Of a DNA stretch of 34,003 nucleotides, positions 17,877-26,982 are shown in pieces. This DNA is from an uncultured Planctomycetia bacterium. GTDB taxonomy: Bacteria > Planctomycetota > UBA8742 > SKZP01 > CAYZQB01. The stretch is from NCBI GenBank assembly GCA_964480395.1, contig CAYZQB010000009.1:1-34003 (forward strand), given 5' to 3'. A program made the position numbers and the translations under genes. Position 1 is the first letter of the stretch. Each line of letters starts with the position of its first letter. The notes beneath the pieces are model-generated. The model saw only the letters and a list, made by a program, of their open reading frames with translations, was not told the origin of the DNA and searched no databases.

Positions 17877-18935
17877 ATGATGAAAGCGGGATTAATTTAT
17901 TCATTTGATGATATTCGAATTGCTAACCTTCCTGTTCCTGAGTTTTCCGACGATGAAGCGTTGATTCGAGTGAAAGCATGCGGAATTTGCACAGGCGAGT
18001 TAACTCCATGGTACATAAACCAGAAAACCAGTGAAAAACCTAATGGATATGTTCCAGGACACGAATTTGTGGGAATCATTGATAAACTCGGTAAAAATGC
18101 TCCGCTGCACCTTCAAGTTGGTCAGCGTGTTTTTGTGCATCATCATGCGCCATGTCTCAAACCAGACTGTCATTTCTGCAGTCGTGGGAAATATGTGCAA
18201 TGCCCGACATGGAAGGAAATCACAGTTTCACAGGGCGGGATGGCAGAATTTATTACGGTTAATAATGTTGGATTGCGCAATGATACAACGATTCTTGACG
18301 ATAAAATGAACTTTGAGACCGCAACTTTTATTGAACCTCTTGCATGCTCGGTCAAAGCGGTAAAAAAGGCGAGGATTCGTGAGGGGGATACGGTTTTAAT
18401 CATCGGTTCGGGTGTTATGGGAATTTTGAATGCAATGTTATGCAAACTTGCTGGTGCCCGTGTTATTATGTCCGACATTGACCAAATACGTGTCGATTTT
18501 GCCAACAAAATTAACAAAATTATCGATGCAGATGCAATTGTTAATCCACTCACAACAGATATAGCTGAGGTAGTGAAAAATCATTCTGATGGAAGAGGTG
18601 CTGACGCGGTAATTGTGGGTCCGAGTTCGATGCAAGCAACTCAACAGGGTATAGATTGTGCAGCAGCAGGCGCAAATATAGTCTCGTTTATGTCCATTCC
18701 GGCTGGTGAAAACCTGAACGTTGACCATTGCAAGCTTTATTTCCATGAAATAAACTTGATTCCGTCGTATTCGTGCGGTCCTGACGACGTGAAAGACGCA
18801 TATAATTTACTGCTTGATAGTAAAATTAAAGTGGAAAATCTGATTACAGGGCGTTATTCAATTGATGATTTTCCGAAAGCATTTAAGGAAGCAGCAACAG
18901 GCGGGGACAACATCAAGACTATTATCACATTTTAG
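17877..18935 (+). CDS. Zinc-dependent medium-chain alcohol / polyol dehydrogenase family protein
   Basis: Catalytic Zn segment CGICTGE...GHEFVGII. Structural-Zn Cys cluster CLKPDCHFCSRGKYVQC. Rossmann motif IIGSGVMG. Confidence 0.85.
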   Translation: MMKAGLIYSFDDIRIANLPVPEFSDDEALIRVKACGICTGELTPWYINQKTSEKPNGYVPGHEFVGIIDKLGKNAPLHLQVGQRVFVHHHAPCLKPDCHFCSRGKYVQCPTWKEITVSQGGMAEFITVNNVGLRNDTTILDDKMNFETATFIEPLACSVKAVKKARIREGDTVLIIGSGVMGILNAMLCKLAGARVIMSDIDQIRVDFANKINKIIDADAIVNPLTTDIAEVVKNHSDGRGADAVIVGPSSMQATQQGIDCAAAGANIVSFMSIPAGENLNVDHCKLYFHEINLIPSYSCGPDDVKDAYNLLLDSKIKVENLITGRYSIDDFPKAFKEAATGGDNIKTIITF

Positions 18936-18942
18936 CAACTAG

Positions 18943-19212
18943 TTAATTCTCTATGCCTGATTCTTCTTGATTGGCAGTAAAATTTACATCAATAATCTTT
19001 GTATTGTGAGGAATTTCACCGATGCGAGTAACAGAAATTTCACCAACATCTTCTGCTTTTAACATGCCAGAATCAACAAGTTCGTGAACAATTTCCATAT
19101 GACACTGTTCATGCTCAATCGGAAGCGAATCCGCATCAGATTCATATTCGATAGTTATATCTCGCAAACCGGTATCATGGTTGATTTTGATATGAATTTT
19201 AATGTTACTCAT
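18943..19212 (-). CDS. Hypothetical small acidic protein (89 aa)
   Basis: The ORF starts 12 nt downstream of the sppA stop on the same strand and fills the whole gap to the convergent dehydrogenase gene. I recognise no motif, so coding status rests on position and length only. Confidence 0.45.
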   Translation of the reverse strand: MSNIKIHIKINHDTGLRDITIEYESDADSLPIEHEQCHMEIVHELVDSGMLKAEDVGEISVTRIGEIPHNTKIIDVNFTANQEESGIEN

Positions 19213-19224
19213 ATTCTATGTGCC

Positions 19225-20532
19225 TTATTTCATCTCATATCCCGACCAAATCGCCCAAATGCGTGTCGAAGAATTATCAATAAAAGTCTGCAGGTTATCT
19301 GTTTTAGCTGAATCAATTTGCTCAATGCTACTGTTAAGACCTGCTAAATCGCGTAAACTAAGTTTTTTCATCGGGATGTAATATTTCACTATTTTCGCAT
19401 TTGCAACATTTGCCTGATTCATTGCCACATTCCATGCTTCTTCGTCGTAGCCGATGCTATCTATCATTTTTAATGTCAAAGCATCATCAGCAAGCACAAT
19501 ATTGCCGTCCGCCCATTTTTCAACCTCAGTTCGAGTCAGCACTTTATTTTGAGTACTTAGTGAGCTTTTCCTACCCGCATACACTTTATCAACAAAGCGT
19601 TTATGCATTTTTCGCAGCATAATCTCGAAAAACTCCTTATCGTACGGATTTCTCCTTCGAGTCGGTGAACCGCGATCCTTGTCAGGTACACTGGTAATTG
19701 TAGCATCTTCAACTCCGAATCTTTCCATCAAGCCCGAAAAGTTATATCCCTGCATAACAACGCCGATTGAGCCCGTAATTGATGTCGGATATGCAATAAT
19801 ATAATCAGCAGCGGAGGCAATGTAATACCCGCCTGATGCTGCTACATCCTTCAAAACTGCAATAACAGGTTTTGTATTGTTCGTGTTTGCTTTGAAATCG
19901 ATGATGTGTTTGTAAAGAACGTCCGATGCTGTCATGCCGCCTCCCGGCGAGTTGATAGCAATGATAACAGCCTTAACGTTTTCATCAATTTCAGCCCGAT
20001 AAAGCCCGTTAATTAGGAGTTCGTAAGAGCTTGGAATCTGGAAACCGAGTAAATTACTTCCTCCGCCTTCGAGAATGATTCCATCGACGGAAATAAGAGC
20101 AATTTTATTCTTTGTATTGGCATCGATAAATATTTTCTCTGAAACGGATCTTCCAGAATTGGAATATTTACTTGAATCGAAGTTTGAAGTGATGTAAATA
20201 ATCCCAAAAACTGCAATGACAATTATTATAATAACTGCGGTTGGGAATTTCTTTTTTCTGGGCTGTTGAAACGTGTTGAAAGCATTTGGTGGATAAGGTG
20301 GCATCCTGAAACCACCTGGTGGTATCGGCACTCCGGGCTGAAATCCTTGTCCCTGATTATAATATTGATTATTGATCGGAACGTTTTGCGGGGTCTGATT
20401 CTTTTGAGTATTTTCATTTTGCATATTCGACTCGCCGATATCCACCTGGTTTTCCAAAATAATGTATTCTTCATCAACGTTTTTCGGTCGCGGATTAGGG
20501 TCATTGATGCGATTTTCAGAATCTACGCTCAT
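19225..20532 (-). CDS. sppA: Signal peptide peptidase SppA (S49 family, 36K type) with a Q/N/P-rich N-terminal extension and one TM segment
   Basis: S49 motifs INSPGGGMTASD and AASGGYYIASAADYIIAYPTSITGSIGV. TM segment AVIIIIVIAVFGIIYI. GGAGGAAGT lies immediately upstream of the ATG. Confidence 0.85.
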   Translation of the reverse strand: MSVDSENRINDPNPRPKNVDEEYIILENQVDIGESNMQNENTQKNQTPQNVPINNQYYNQGQGFQPGVPIPPGGFRMPPYPPNAFNTFQQPRKKKFPTAVIIIIVIAVFGIIYITSNFDSSKYSNSGRSVSEKIFIDANTKNKIALISVDGIILEGGGSNLLGFQIPSSYELLINGLYRAEIDENVKAVIIAINSPGGGMTASDVLYKHIIDFKANTNNTKPVIAVLKDVAASGGYYIASAADYIIAYPTSITGSIGVVMQGYNFSGLMERFGVEDATITSVPDKDRGSPTRRRNPYDKEFFEIMLRKMHKRFVDKVYAGRKSSLSTQNKVLTRTEVEKWADGNIVLADDALTLKMIDSIGYDEEAWNVAMNQANVANAKIVKYYIPMKKLSLRDLAGLNSSIEQIDSAKTDNLQTFIDNSSTRIWAIWSGYEMK

Positions 20533-20659
20533 ACTTCCTCCGATATTGTTGTATTATTCGAGCATAACATTTTTATTCATACACACGAGTGTTTTAAACT
20601 TTAAGATATTGCATATATAATGTTTTGAAAGAACATGTATTTCAAACGAGAGGAAAAAG

Positions 20660-22876
20660 ATGGCAGAGAAAAATGAAAATAATAATATTGATGAATATTA
20701 TGCATCAAGAAAGAAACAAGAAATTAAACTTGAAAATGAATCTGTTCAAAAGAACAAAAATTCAGAAAAAATTCCTTTGAAATACAAATTGGGACTTGCT
20801 GGTGGTGCAGTAATTTTCACAATTTTAGCGATTTTTGCATTCATAACTACAAATCCGAGAAAAAGACCGACTGCTGATACAAACGTAATCATCATCACAC
20901 TCGATGCTGTTCGGGCTGACAGTATTGCACCTTTTGCACGTGATAAATTCGTTTTCACACCAAACATTGCGGAGCTTGCGAAGAAATCTTACACATTCAG
21001 CAATGTTCGAACGACGAATCCTCTCACGCTACCTGCCCATGCATCAATGCTAACTGGTCGTTATCCTCTTGCACACAAAATCCGCGACAACAGAAATTTC
21101 AAGCTGCCTGCTCATGAGTTGAGTCTTGCGGAGATTATGAAAGATAATGGATATAAAACAGGAGCGTTTGTTTCTGCTGCCACAACTGCCGGCGAACTCG
21201 GGCTGAAACAGGGTTTTGACGAATATGACGACAGTTTTCTCCAAAATGCTCAAAATAATCAGGAAATTGTGATTCCTGAACGTCGGGCTGATGAGACCCT
21301 TGAAAAAGCAATTAATTGGTTGAAAAAGCTTGATAAACAGGATAAGTTTTTCTCATGGATACATTTGTTTGATGCGCATTATCCCTATGCAGCACCGAAA
21401 GATTACCGTCCGACCGATTGCAGACGTGCGTTTTTGAAGGATTTGCCATCAACAATGCAGCCCACAAATTATGATGCTGAAATTACGTACATGGACATTT
21501 GTCTGATCAAGCTTCTCAATTATCTTGTGGAATCCGGCAAAATGGAGGATACAGTCATTGTGATAACTTCAGACCATGGCGAGGGCTTGCAGGAGCATGC
21601 AGAGAGTACACATGGATTTTTTGCATACGATACCACAATCCGCATTCCGCTTATTGTGTTCTTCCCTGAGAAATTTCGACCCATACCCCTTGAAAGCAAC
21701 GCAAACCTTTCAATTGTGGATATTGCACCAACGCTCATAGATGTGCTTGAACTTGAAATGCCTGACGAACATCCAGAAATAAACGGCTTGTCTTTCAAAA
21801 GTCTTTTCGAGCCTGAATCTAATTCAAAAAACATTGATTTCAGCAAAAGATGTGTGTATTTCGAAAGCTTTTATCCTCTTTATGCCTTCAATTATGCGCC
21901 CGTTATCGGACTGCGAGACGATGAACATACATATTTGTACACAAACCCGTCTGAGCTTTATCTCACAACAGATTCGAATCAGTCCAATAACATAATCTCA
22001 GAAGTAAATAGCGATGCCTTGCGTGATAAATTTCGTGATATTTTCGCACAATTCAAACGTCAATCACCAGGGAATCCATTCAACATCGTACTGGATAAAA
22101 CCGGTGACTTCAATCGCAACTCTTACATGCCATCATTGCATGAGAATACAAAGGATTCAATTAAAACCAGAGAAATCATTAAAGAAAATCAATCCACAAA
22201 ATCATTGATTTTCAATGCGGAAGCATCTCTTGATATCGATAAAAACCTTGTTTCGCCAATGTTAAAAGCAGATGAGATTAAAAAATACGAACTTGCAGAG
22301 CAAACGTACTCGCAGGAACTGTATAATCAAACAATTACTACGCTCAAAGAGTTGATTAGTGCAAATCCTGAACATGCTCCTTCATATTTGCTGTTAACTT
22401 CATGCTTTCAGAAGATTGGACGAAACTCATTAAACGCAAAAATAAACGCAAAACTCAAGACATTGCCGGATGCAAAACCACAAGAAATCTGGGTTCGAGG
22501 AGAGGAACGTGCTGAAGTGCTCGAAAATTACCAGCATGCAGCTGATTCGTACTCAAATTACATTAAAATCATTGGGAAACGGGATATTTTGAGCCAACAA
22601 ATAAAAGAAAACGCTGGGATTCTCAATTTCCTTGCAGGTGATTACACAAAAGCACAAAAATTTCTCGATTCTGCAACGTCAGAAAAGATTGATTTATCGA
22701 ATGATGGCAAGCTCATGCTAGTTCTTTCGCTCCATTATCAAGGTAAAACGTTTGAAACGGTATTGCAACTTGATGAGTTTGTACCAGCACAAGGGTCAGA
22801 TTTATACAAGCTATACGAATTAATGACAAAATTTAAAAAACCCGAAGAATTGAATCCATACTTCAATCTTCCATGA
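20660..22876 (+). CDS. Membrane-anchored sulfatase-like (alkaline phosphatase superfamily) enzyme with a C-terminal TPR-like region
   Basis: N-terminal TM segment GGAVIFTILAIFAFITT. Metal and nucleophile segments VIIITLDAVRADS and LTLPAHASMLTGRYP. TSDHGEGLQEHAESTHGFF is the GDHG-type motif. The helical C-terminal ~200 aa has a TPR-like pattern. Confidence 0.8.
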   Translation: MAEKNENNNIDEYYASRKKQEIKLENESVQKNKNSEKIPLKYKLGLAGGAVIFTILAIFAFITTNPRKRPTADTNVIIITLDAVRADSIAPFARDKFVFTPNIAELAKKSYTFSNVRTTNPLTLPAHASMLTGRYPLAHKIRDNRNFKLPAHELSLAEIMKDNGYKTGAFVSAATTAGELGLKQGFDEYDDSFLQNAQNNQEIVIPERRADETLEKAINWLKKLDKQDKFFSWIHLFDAHYPYAAPKDYRPTDCRRAFLKDLPSTMQPTNYDAEITYMDICLIKLLNYLVESGKMEDTVIVITSDHGEGLQEHAESTHGFFAYDTTIRIPLIVFFPEKFRPIPLESNANLSIVDIAPTLIDVLELEMPDEHPEINGLSFKSLFEPESNSKNIDFSKRCVYFESFYPLYAFNYAPVIGLRDDEHTYLYTNPSELYLTTDSNQSNNIISEVNSDALRDKFRDIFAQFKRQSPGNPFNIVLDKTGDFNRNSYMPSLHENTKDSIKTREIIKENQSTKSLIFNAEASLDIDKNLVSPMLKADEIKKYELAEQTYSQELYNQTITTLKELISANPEHAPSYLLLTSCFQKIGRNSLNAKINAKLKTLPDAKPQEIWVRGEERAEVLENYQHAADSYSNYIKIIGKRDILSQQIKENAGILNFLAGDYTKAQKFLDSATSEKIDLSNDGKLMLVLSLHYQGKTFETVLQLDEFVPAQGSDLYKLYELMTKFKKPEELNPYFNLP

Positions 22877-22990
22877 TTTATCGGGTTCAATGATCCTCAA
22901 TTGCAAAATGTTTTTGAATTCATGACTCAAATTCGTAAACTCGTACTTTTAGTATAATTATAATTTGAAGATAATCGCTTGTCAGCGACA

Positions 22991-22997
22991 AAGGAGG
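22991..22997 (+). promoter_or_regulatory. Shine-Dalgarno site of the NuoF/HydB-like gene
   Basis: AAGGAGG lies 5 nt upstream of ATG 23003. This argues against the upstream TTG 22979 used by the ORF track. Confidence 0.65.
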
Positions 22998-23002
22998 AAA
23001 TC

Positions 23003-24904
23003 ATGCCAAGATTCAATTCATCTGCGATGTTGAGTGATTATCGACAAACGCTTATAAAAAATATACATACAAAAATGACTGTTATCACTGTTTGTGGTGG
23101 TACAGGTTGTCTATCTTCTCATGGGCAGGAAGTTTATGAGGAATTCCAGAAACTCATTGCTGAGCAAAAAATAAATGCTGAAGTGAAACAAACAGGCTGC
23201 ATGGGACTCTGTGAACTCGGTCCTCTGGTGATTGTTTATCCGCAGAAATACTTTTATCATAATGTCGAAACGAAAAACGTCGCAGAGATAATAGAAACAA
23301 CGGTTAAAAACGGCAAACCGGTTGAAAAGCTTTTATACAAGGACATTGAAGCTAAAAAGTTGCGTTTAACCACTGATACAATTCAGTTTTATGCCAAGCA
23401 AAATCGGCAGGTGTTTGCGCATAACGGTTTGATACGACCAACAGAGATTGATGATTATATCGCTGTCAGCGGATATGAGGGTTTGCAGATCACGTTGACG
23501 AAAAAACCGGATGCAGTTATCTCAGTGGTCGAAGATGCTGGTCTTCGTGGTCGCGGAGGTGGTGGATATAATGCTGGGAAGAAATGGCGTAGCAGTGCGA
23601 ATGCTGTTGCTTTAGAGGGTATAAGATACGTATTGGCGAATGGAGATGAAGGCGATCCTGGCGCATTTATGGATCGGTCGCTCATGGAAGGTGATCCACA
23701 TCAGGTTCTTGAAGGTATGGCAATCGGTGCATATGCAATCGGTGCAACTGATGGTTATATCTATGTTCGAGAAGAATATCCGCTTGCAGTCGAGAATTTA
23801 TCAAATGCAATCAAGCAGGCAGAAGAAAAAGGTATTCTTGGGAAAAATATTCTCGGAACTGATTTCAGTTTTATGGTTAAAATCGCTCGTGGCGGTGGTG
23901 CGTTTGTTTGTGGCGAATCAACGGCTCTCATGGCTTCAATTGAAGGAAAGGTTGGCGAACCACGTCCAAAACACATTCACACCGCTGTTTCCGGTCTTTT
24001 CAAACGCCCAACAGTGCTTAACAATGTCGAAACCTGGGCAAATGTTCCGTTGATTATGAGAAATGGAGCAGACTGGTTCAAAAAAATTGGTACTGAAGGC
24101 AGTCCCGGAACAAAAATATTCTCGCTTGTCGGAAAAGTAAACAACACAGGTCTTGTCGAAGTTCCCATGGGAATAACGCTGCGTGAAATTATCTTCGAAA
24201 TCGGTGGTGGAATTATTGACGGAAGAAAATACAAGGGTGTTCAAACAGGCGGACCGTCAGGTGGTGTAATACCAGAAAAATACCTTGATGTGCCAGTTGA
24301 TTTCGATGAGTTAAAGAAACTCGGTTCGATGATGGGAAGCGGCGGCATGATTGTAATGGATGAACTTTCATGCATGGTCGATGTTGCCAGATATTTCACT
24401 AATTTCCTGTCAGATGAATCATGCGGAAAATGTGTTGCATGCCGCGAAGGTGTTTTTCAAATGCTTCAGATTTTAACGCGCATAACCAAAGGAAATGGCA
24501 AAGAGGAAGATATACAGAATTTACGTGAACTTGGGAAAGGTGTTACGGAAATGTCACTTTGTGCACTCGGAAGTACTGCTGCGAATCCGATGCTTTCTAC
24601 ACTTGAATATTTCATCGAGGAATACGAAGAACATATCAAGGGCAAAAAATGTCGAGCAGGTGTCTGTACAGAATTAATCGATTTCTGGATTGAACCGGAA
24701 AAGTGCATTGGTTGTCAGATGTGCGCAAAAAATTGTCCTGTTGAATGTATCAGCGGTGAAAAGAAGCAGGTTCATGTGATTGATGAAAGCAAATGTGTTC
24801 GATGCGGTGTTTGTGTAGATTCATGTCCTGTGAAGGTCGATGCTGTCCGCATTATCAGCCCGCGCGGTGCTGACCCGAAGGTTTTAGCAAACCACGTTCG
24901 ATAA
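23003..24904 (+). CDS. NuoF-family NAD(P)H-binding FMN/Fe-S flavoprotein (HydB/HndC-like): N-terminal thioredoxin-like [2Fe-2S] domain plus two C-terminal ferredoxin-type [4Fe-4S] motifs
   Basis: VCGGTGC...GCMGLCELGP (2Fe-2S), GLRGRGGGGYNAGKKW (FMN), ANGDEGDPGAFMDR (NADH), ESCGKCVACREG (N3 cluster), CIGCQMCAKNCP and CVRCGVCVDSCP (2x 4Fe-4S). AAGGAGG at 22991-22997 lies 5 nt upstream of ATG 23003. The ORF track starts at TTG 22979. Confidence 0.88.
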   Translation: MPRFNSSAMLSDYRQTLIKNIHTKMTVITVCGGTGCLSSHGQEVYEEFQKLIAEQKINAEVKQTGCMGLCELGPLVIVYPQKYFYHNVETKNVAEIIETTVKNGKPVEKLLYKDIEAKKLRLTTDTIQFYAKQNRQVFAHNGLIRPTEIDDYIAVSGYEGLQITLTKKPDAVISVVEDAGLRGRGGGGYNAGKKWRSSANAVALEGIRYVLANGDEGDPGAFMDRSLMEGDPHQVLEGMAIGAYAIGATDGYIYVREEYPLAVENLSNAIKQAEEKGILGKNILGTDFSFMVKIARGGGAFVCGESTALMASIEGKVGEPRPKHIHTAVSGLFKRPTVLNNVETWANVPLIMRNGADWFKKIGTEGSPGTKIFSLVGKVNNTGLVEVPMGITLREIIFEIGGGIIDGRKYKGVQTGGPSGGVIPEKYLDVPVDFDELKKLGSMMGSGGMIVMDELSCMVDVARYFTNFLSDESCGKCVACREGVFQMLQILTRITKGNGKEEDIQNLRELGKGVTEMSLCALGSTAANPMLSTLEYFIEEYEEHIKGKKCRAGVCTELIDFWIEPEKCIGCQMCAKNCPVECISGEKKQVHVIDESKCVRCGVCVDSCPVKVDAVRIISPRGADPKVLANHVR

Positions 24905-24917
24905 ATTGTATATATTT

Positions 24918-24938
24918 AGGCAGGTAAACCTGCTTTTC
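24918..24938 (+). terminator. Probable rho-independent terminator after the NuoF/HydB-like gene
   Basis: AGGCAGG-TAAA-CCTGCTT followed by TTCTC. The core stem is 5 bp GC-rich (7 bp with one G-U pair). The T-tract is short and interrupted. It lies 14 nt after the stop codon. Confidence 0.5.
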
Positions 24939-25036
24939 TCATGGCATCGGCAATAGGATTCAAGAGTTATTTGACCTATTGACATTGATGTAAAAAAAAG
25001 CATGTTTACATGCGCTGTATTTATTTAAGGCATTAA

Positions 25037-26953
25037 ATGAAGATTAAAGACAAAATTGCACAGATTGCGAGATTTATACCGATTCATCTAAGCTTCACAA
25101 CAAAAATAATCCTCATTTTGCAGACATTTCTTATTGTGTATTATCTTTGTGCGGAATTTTTTGCACCTTTTCAAAGACGTTTCAATATTTACCTTGATTT
25201 CAGCGGTATTATTATCATAGCACTAAGCTACTTTTCATTGATTTTGTACGTTCAATTGATGAATTTATTGACACATAAAAAGCCCGTTATTCAAGTAACC
25301 GTAAACATCTCCACAATCTGTTTATACTTCTTCTTGTTAGGTTTTCATATAACAACACACAACAGCTTGGATTACAGTCTGCTATTTGACAACTTTGGTG
25401 AGATATTCTATGCGGAATCACTCGACCTGTTTCTTATGAAAGGGCGTTTCCTGTACTTTCTCGCAATTGCTGGATTCATCGTTGGGCTTGTTATACTTGA
25501 AAAAAGGAAGAAAATTCTCACAAAATGGAAGCAACCAAAAAATTACTTCTTCACACTTGGTTTAACTGCAGCCCTTTATATTGTTATTTTATCATCGCCC
25601 ACGCTTGTTTATGACGATTTAACATATTTCTACCAGAGCATTTACCGATATCATTTAATTGATGATTCTGATAATGCTGAAGATGTCCAAGAATTCCCAT
25701 ATATCAACGAACCAACTTCAGTGGAGATTGTCAATCAAACGCAGGAATCAACTAAGAACATGCCGCATGTTTTCATTCTCATGGTCGAATCCTTCAATGC
25801 CAGGTTTATTGAACGAAAAAACAAAAACGGTGATGAAATTACACCATTGTTTAACAAACTCATTGATAAGGGAGTTTTCGTAAAAAACTTTTACTCGAAT
25901 TCAATCCAAACTGCAAAATGCAAATTTGCAACTCTATGTTCGGTCATTCCAAGTTTTCGAGGTAAAGTTTACACCAGATTTTCTGATATAAATCTGCATT
26001 CACTGGCGGAAATTCTCAAAGAATACAATTATGAATCCCTATATTTCAAAGCTGCGCGCAATCTCACATTTGATAATGAGGGAAATTTCGCAAAACACAT
26101 GGGATTCGACCACATTGAAGCAATGTCGGAAAAGTTTTCGAAAGATGTTGACGAAAAAAACAATTGGGGCTGGGGAATTCAGGACAATCTCTACTACCAG
26201 AAATATTTTCAATATCTCGACAATGTGCGTAAAAATGCTGGTGAAGACAAAAAATTCTTCACAATCATGGCAACAATCTCAAATCACGCACGTTTCAACC
26301 GTTTACCTGAAGAGCAGATGTATTTGTATAAAGAGACAGCAAATATGGAGGAGGATTACGAAAATTCTATCTATCTGTCAGATAAGTACATGCGGGAGTT
26401 CTTCAAACAGCTTGAAATGCGGGATTATTTGAAGAACAGCATTGTGATTATTCTCGGTGACCATAGTTTCCCGATTGGTGAACATGGTAATTATCATAAC
26501 GAGGTTGGAGCATTTGAGGAATCTTTCCGAATACCTTTTGTAATTTTGTGGAATGGGAATCTGCAGCCGAAATACATCAGCAATTATGCTTATTCGGAGG
26601 TTGATATTGCACCAACAATTCTTGATTTATTGAATATTAACACTCGCAATCATTTCATTGGTGAGTCGATTTTCAAACATGATAAAACTACCCAACATGA
26701 GATATACCTGATTCAACCTTATGACGGCATCTATCTATCGGTTCTTTTACATCCATACAAATATGTGAAGCATATCAGAACAAACAGAGAATTTCTGTAT
26801 AATCTTACAAATGATCCTCATGAAGATAAAAATTTGATTAAGCATTTTGAAGATAATGAATTGCTAAACCGACTGCGCAAGGGTTTGAATAAAATTTATT
26901 TGAATCAGAAACTTATTCAGCAAAACCGTATCTGGAAAGCAGAAGATAAATAA
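25037..26953 (+). CDS. Polytopic membrane LtaS/MdoB-like phosphoglycerol-transferase family protein (alkaline phosphatase superfamily)
   Basis: About 5 N-terminal hydrophobic segments, followed by an extracytoplasmic sulfatase-fold domain: VFILMVESFNARF (metal site), NSIQTAKCKF (candidate Thr nucleophile), ILGDHSFPIGEHGNYH. AAGG lies 6 nt upstream of the ATG. Confidence 0.78.
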   Translation: MKIKDKIAQIARFIPIHLSFTTKIILILQTFLIVYYLCAEFFAPFQRRFNIYLDFSGIIIIALSYFSLILYVQLMNLLTHKKPVIQVTVNISTICLYFFLLGFHITTHNSLDYSLLFDNFGEIFYAESLDLFLMKGRFLYFLAIAGFIVGLVILEKRKKILTKWKQPKNYFFTLGLTAALYIVILSSPTLVYDDLTYFYQSIYRYHLIDDSDNAEDVQEFPYINEPTSVEIVNQTQESTKNMPHVFILMVESFNARFIERKNKNGDEITPLFNKLIDKGVFVKNFYSNSIQTAKCKFATLCSVIPSFRGKVYTRFSDINLHSLAEILKEYNYESLYFKAARNLTFDNEGNFAKHMGFDHIEAMSEKFSKDVDEKNNWGWGIQDNLYYQKYFQYLDNVRKNAGEDKKFFTIMATISNHARFNRLPEEQMYLYKETANMEEDYENSIYLSDKYMREFFKQLEMRDYLKNSIVIILGDHSFPIGEHGNYHNEVGAFEESFRIPFVILWNGNLQPKYISNYAYSEVDIAPTILDLLNINTRNHFIGESIFKHDKTTQHEIYLIQPYDGIYLSVLLHPYKYVKHIRTNREFLYNLTNDPHEDKNLIKHFEDNELLNRLRKGLNKIYLNQKLIQQNRIWKAEDK

Positions 26954-26982
26954 TCTGCACAAGTAAAACTTCGACAAGCTGT

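Noticed and set aside
19225-20532. S49 peptidase as a prophage head-maturation protease
   Set aside because: It has a TM anchor and SppA-type motifs. There are no portal, capsid, terminase or integrase genes anywhere in the window.
22877-23002. Sigma-70-type promoter upstream of the NuoF/HydB-like gene (two overlapping TATAAT hexamers near 22955-22966)
   Set aside because: No acceptable -35 element lies at 16-18 nt spacing for either hexamer. TATAAT is expected by chance in AT-rich intergenic DNA, so I did not annotate it.
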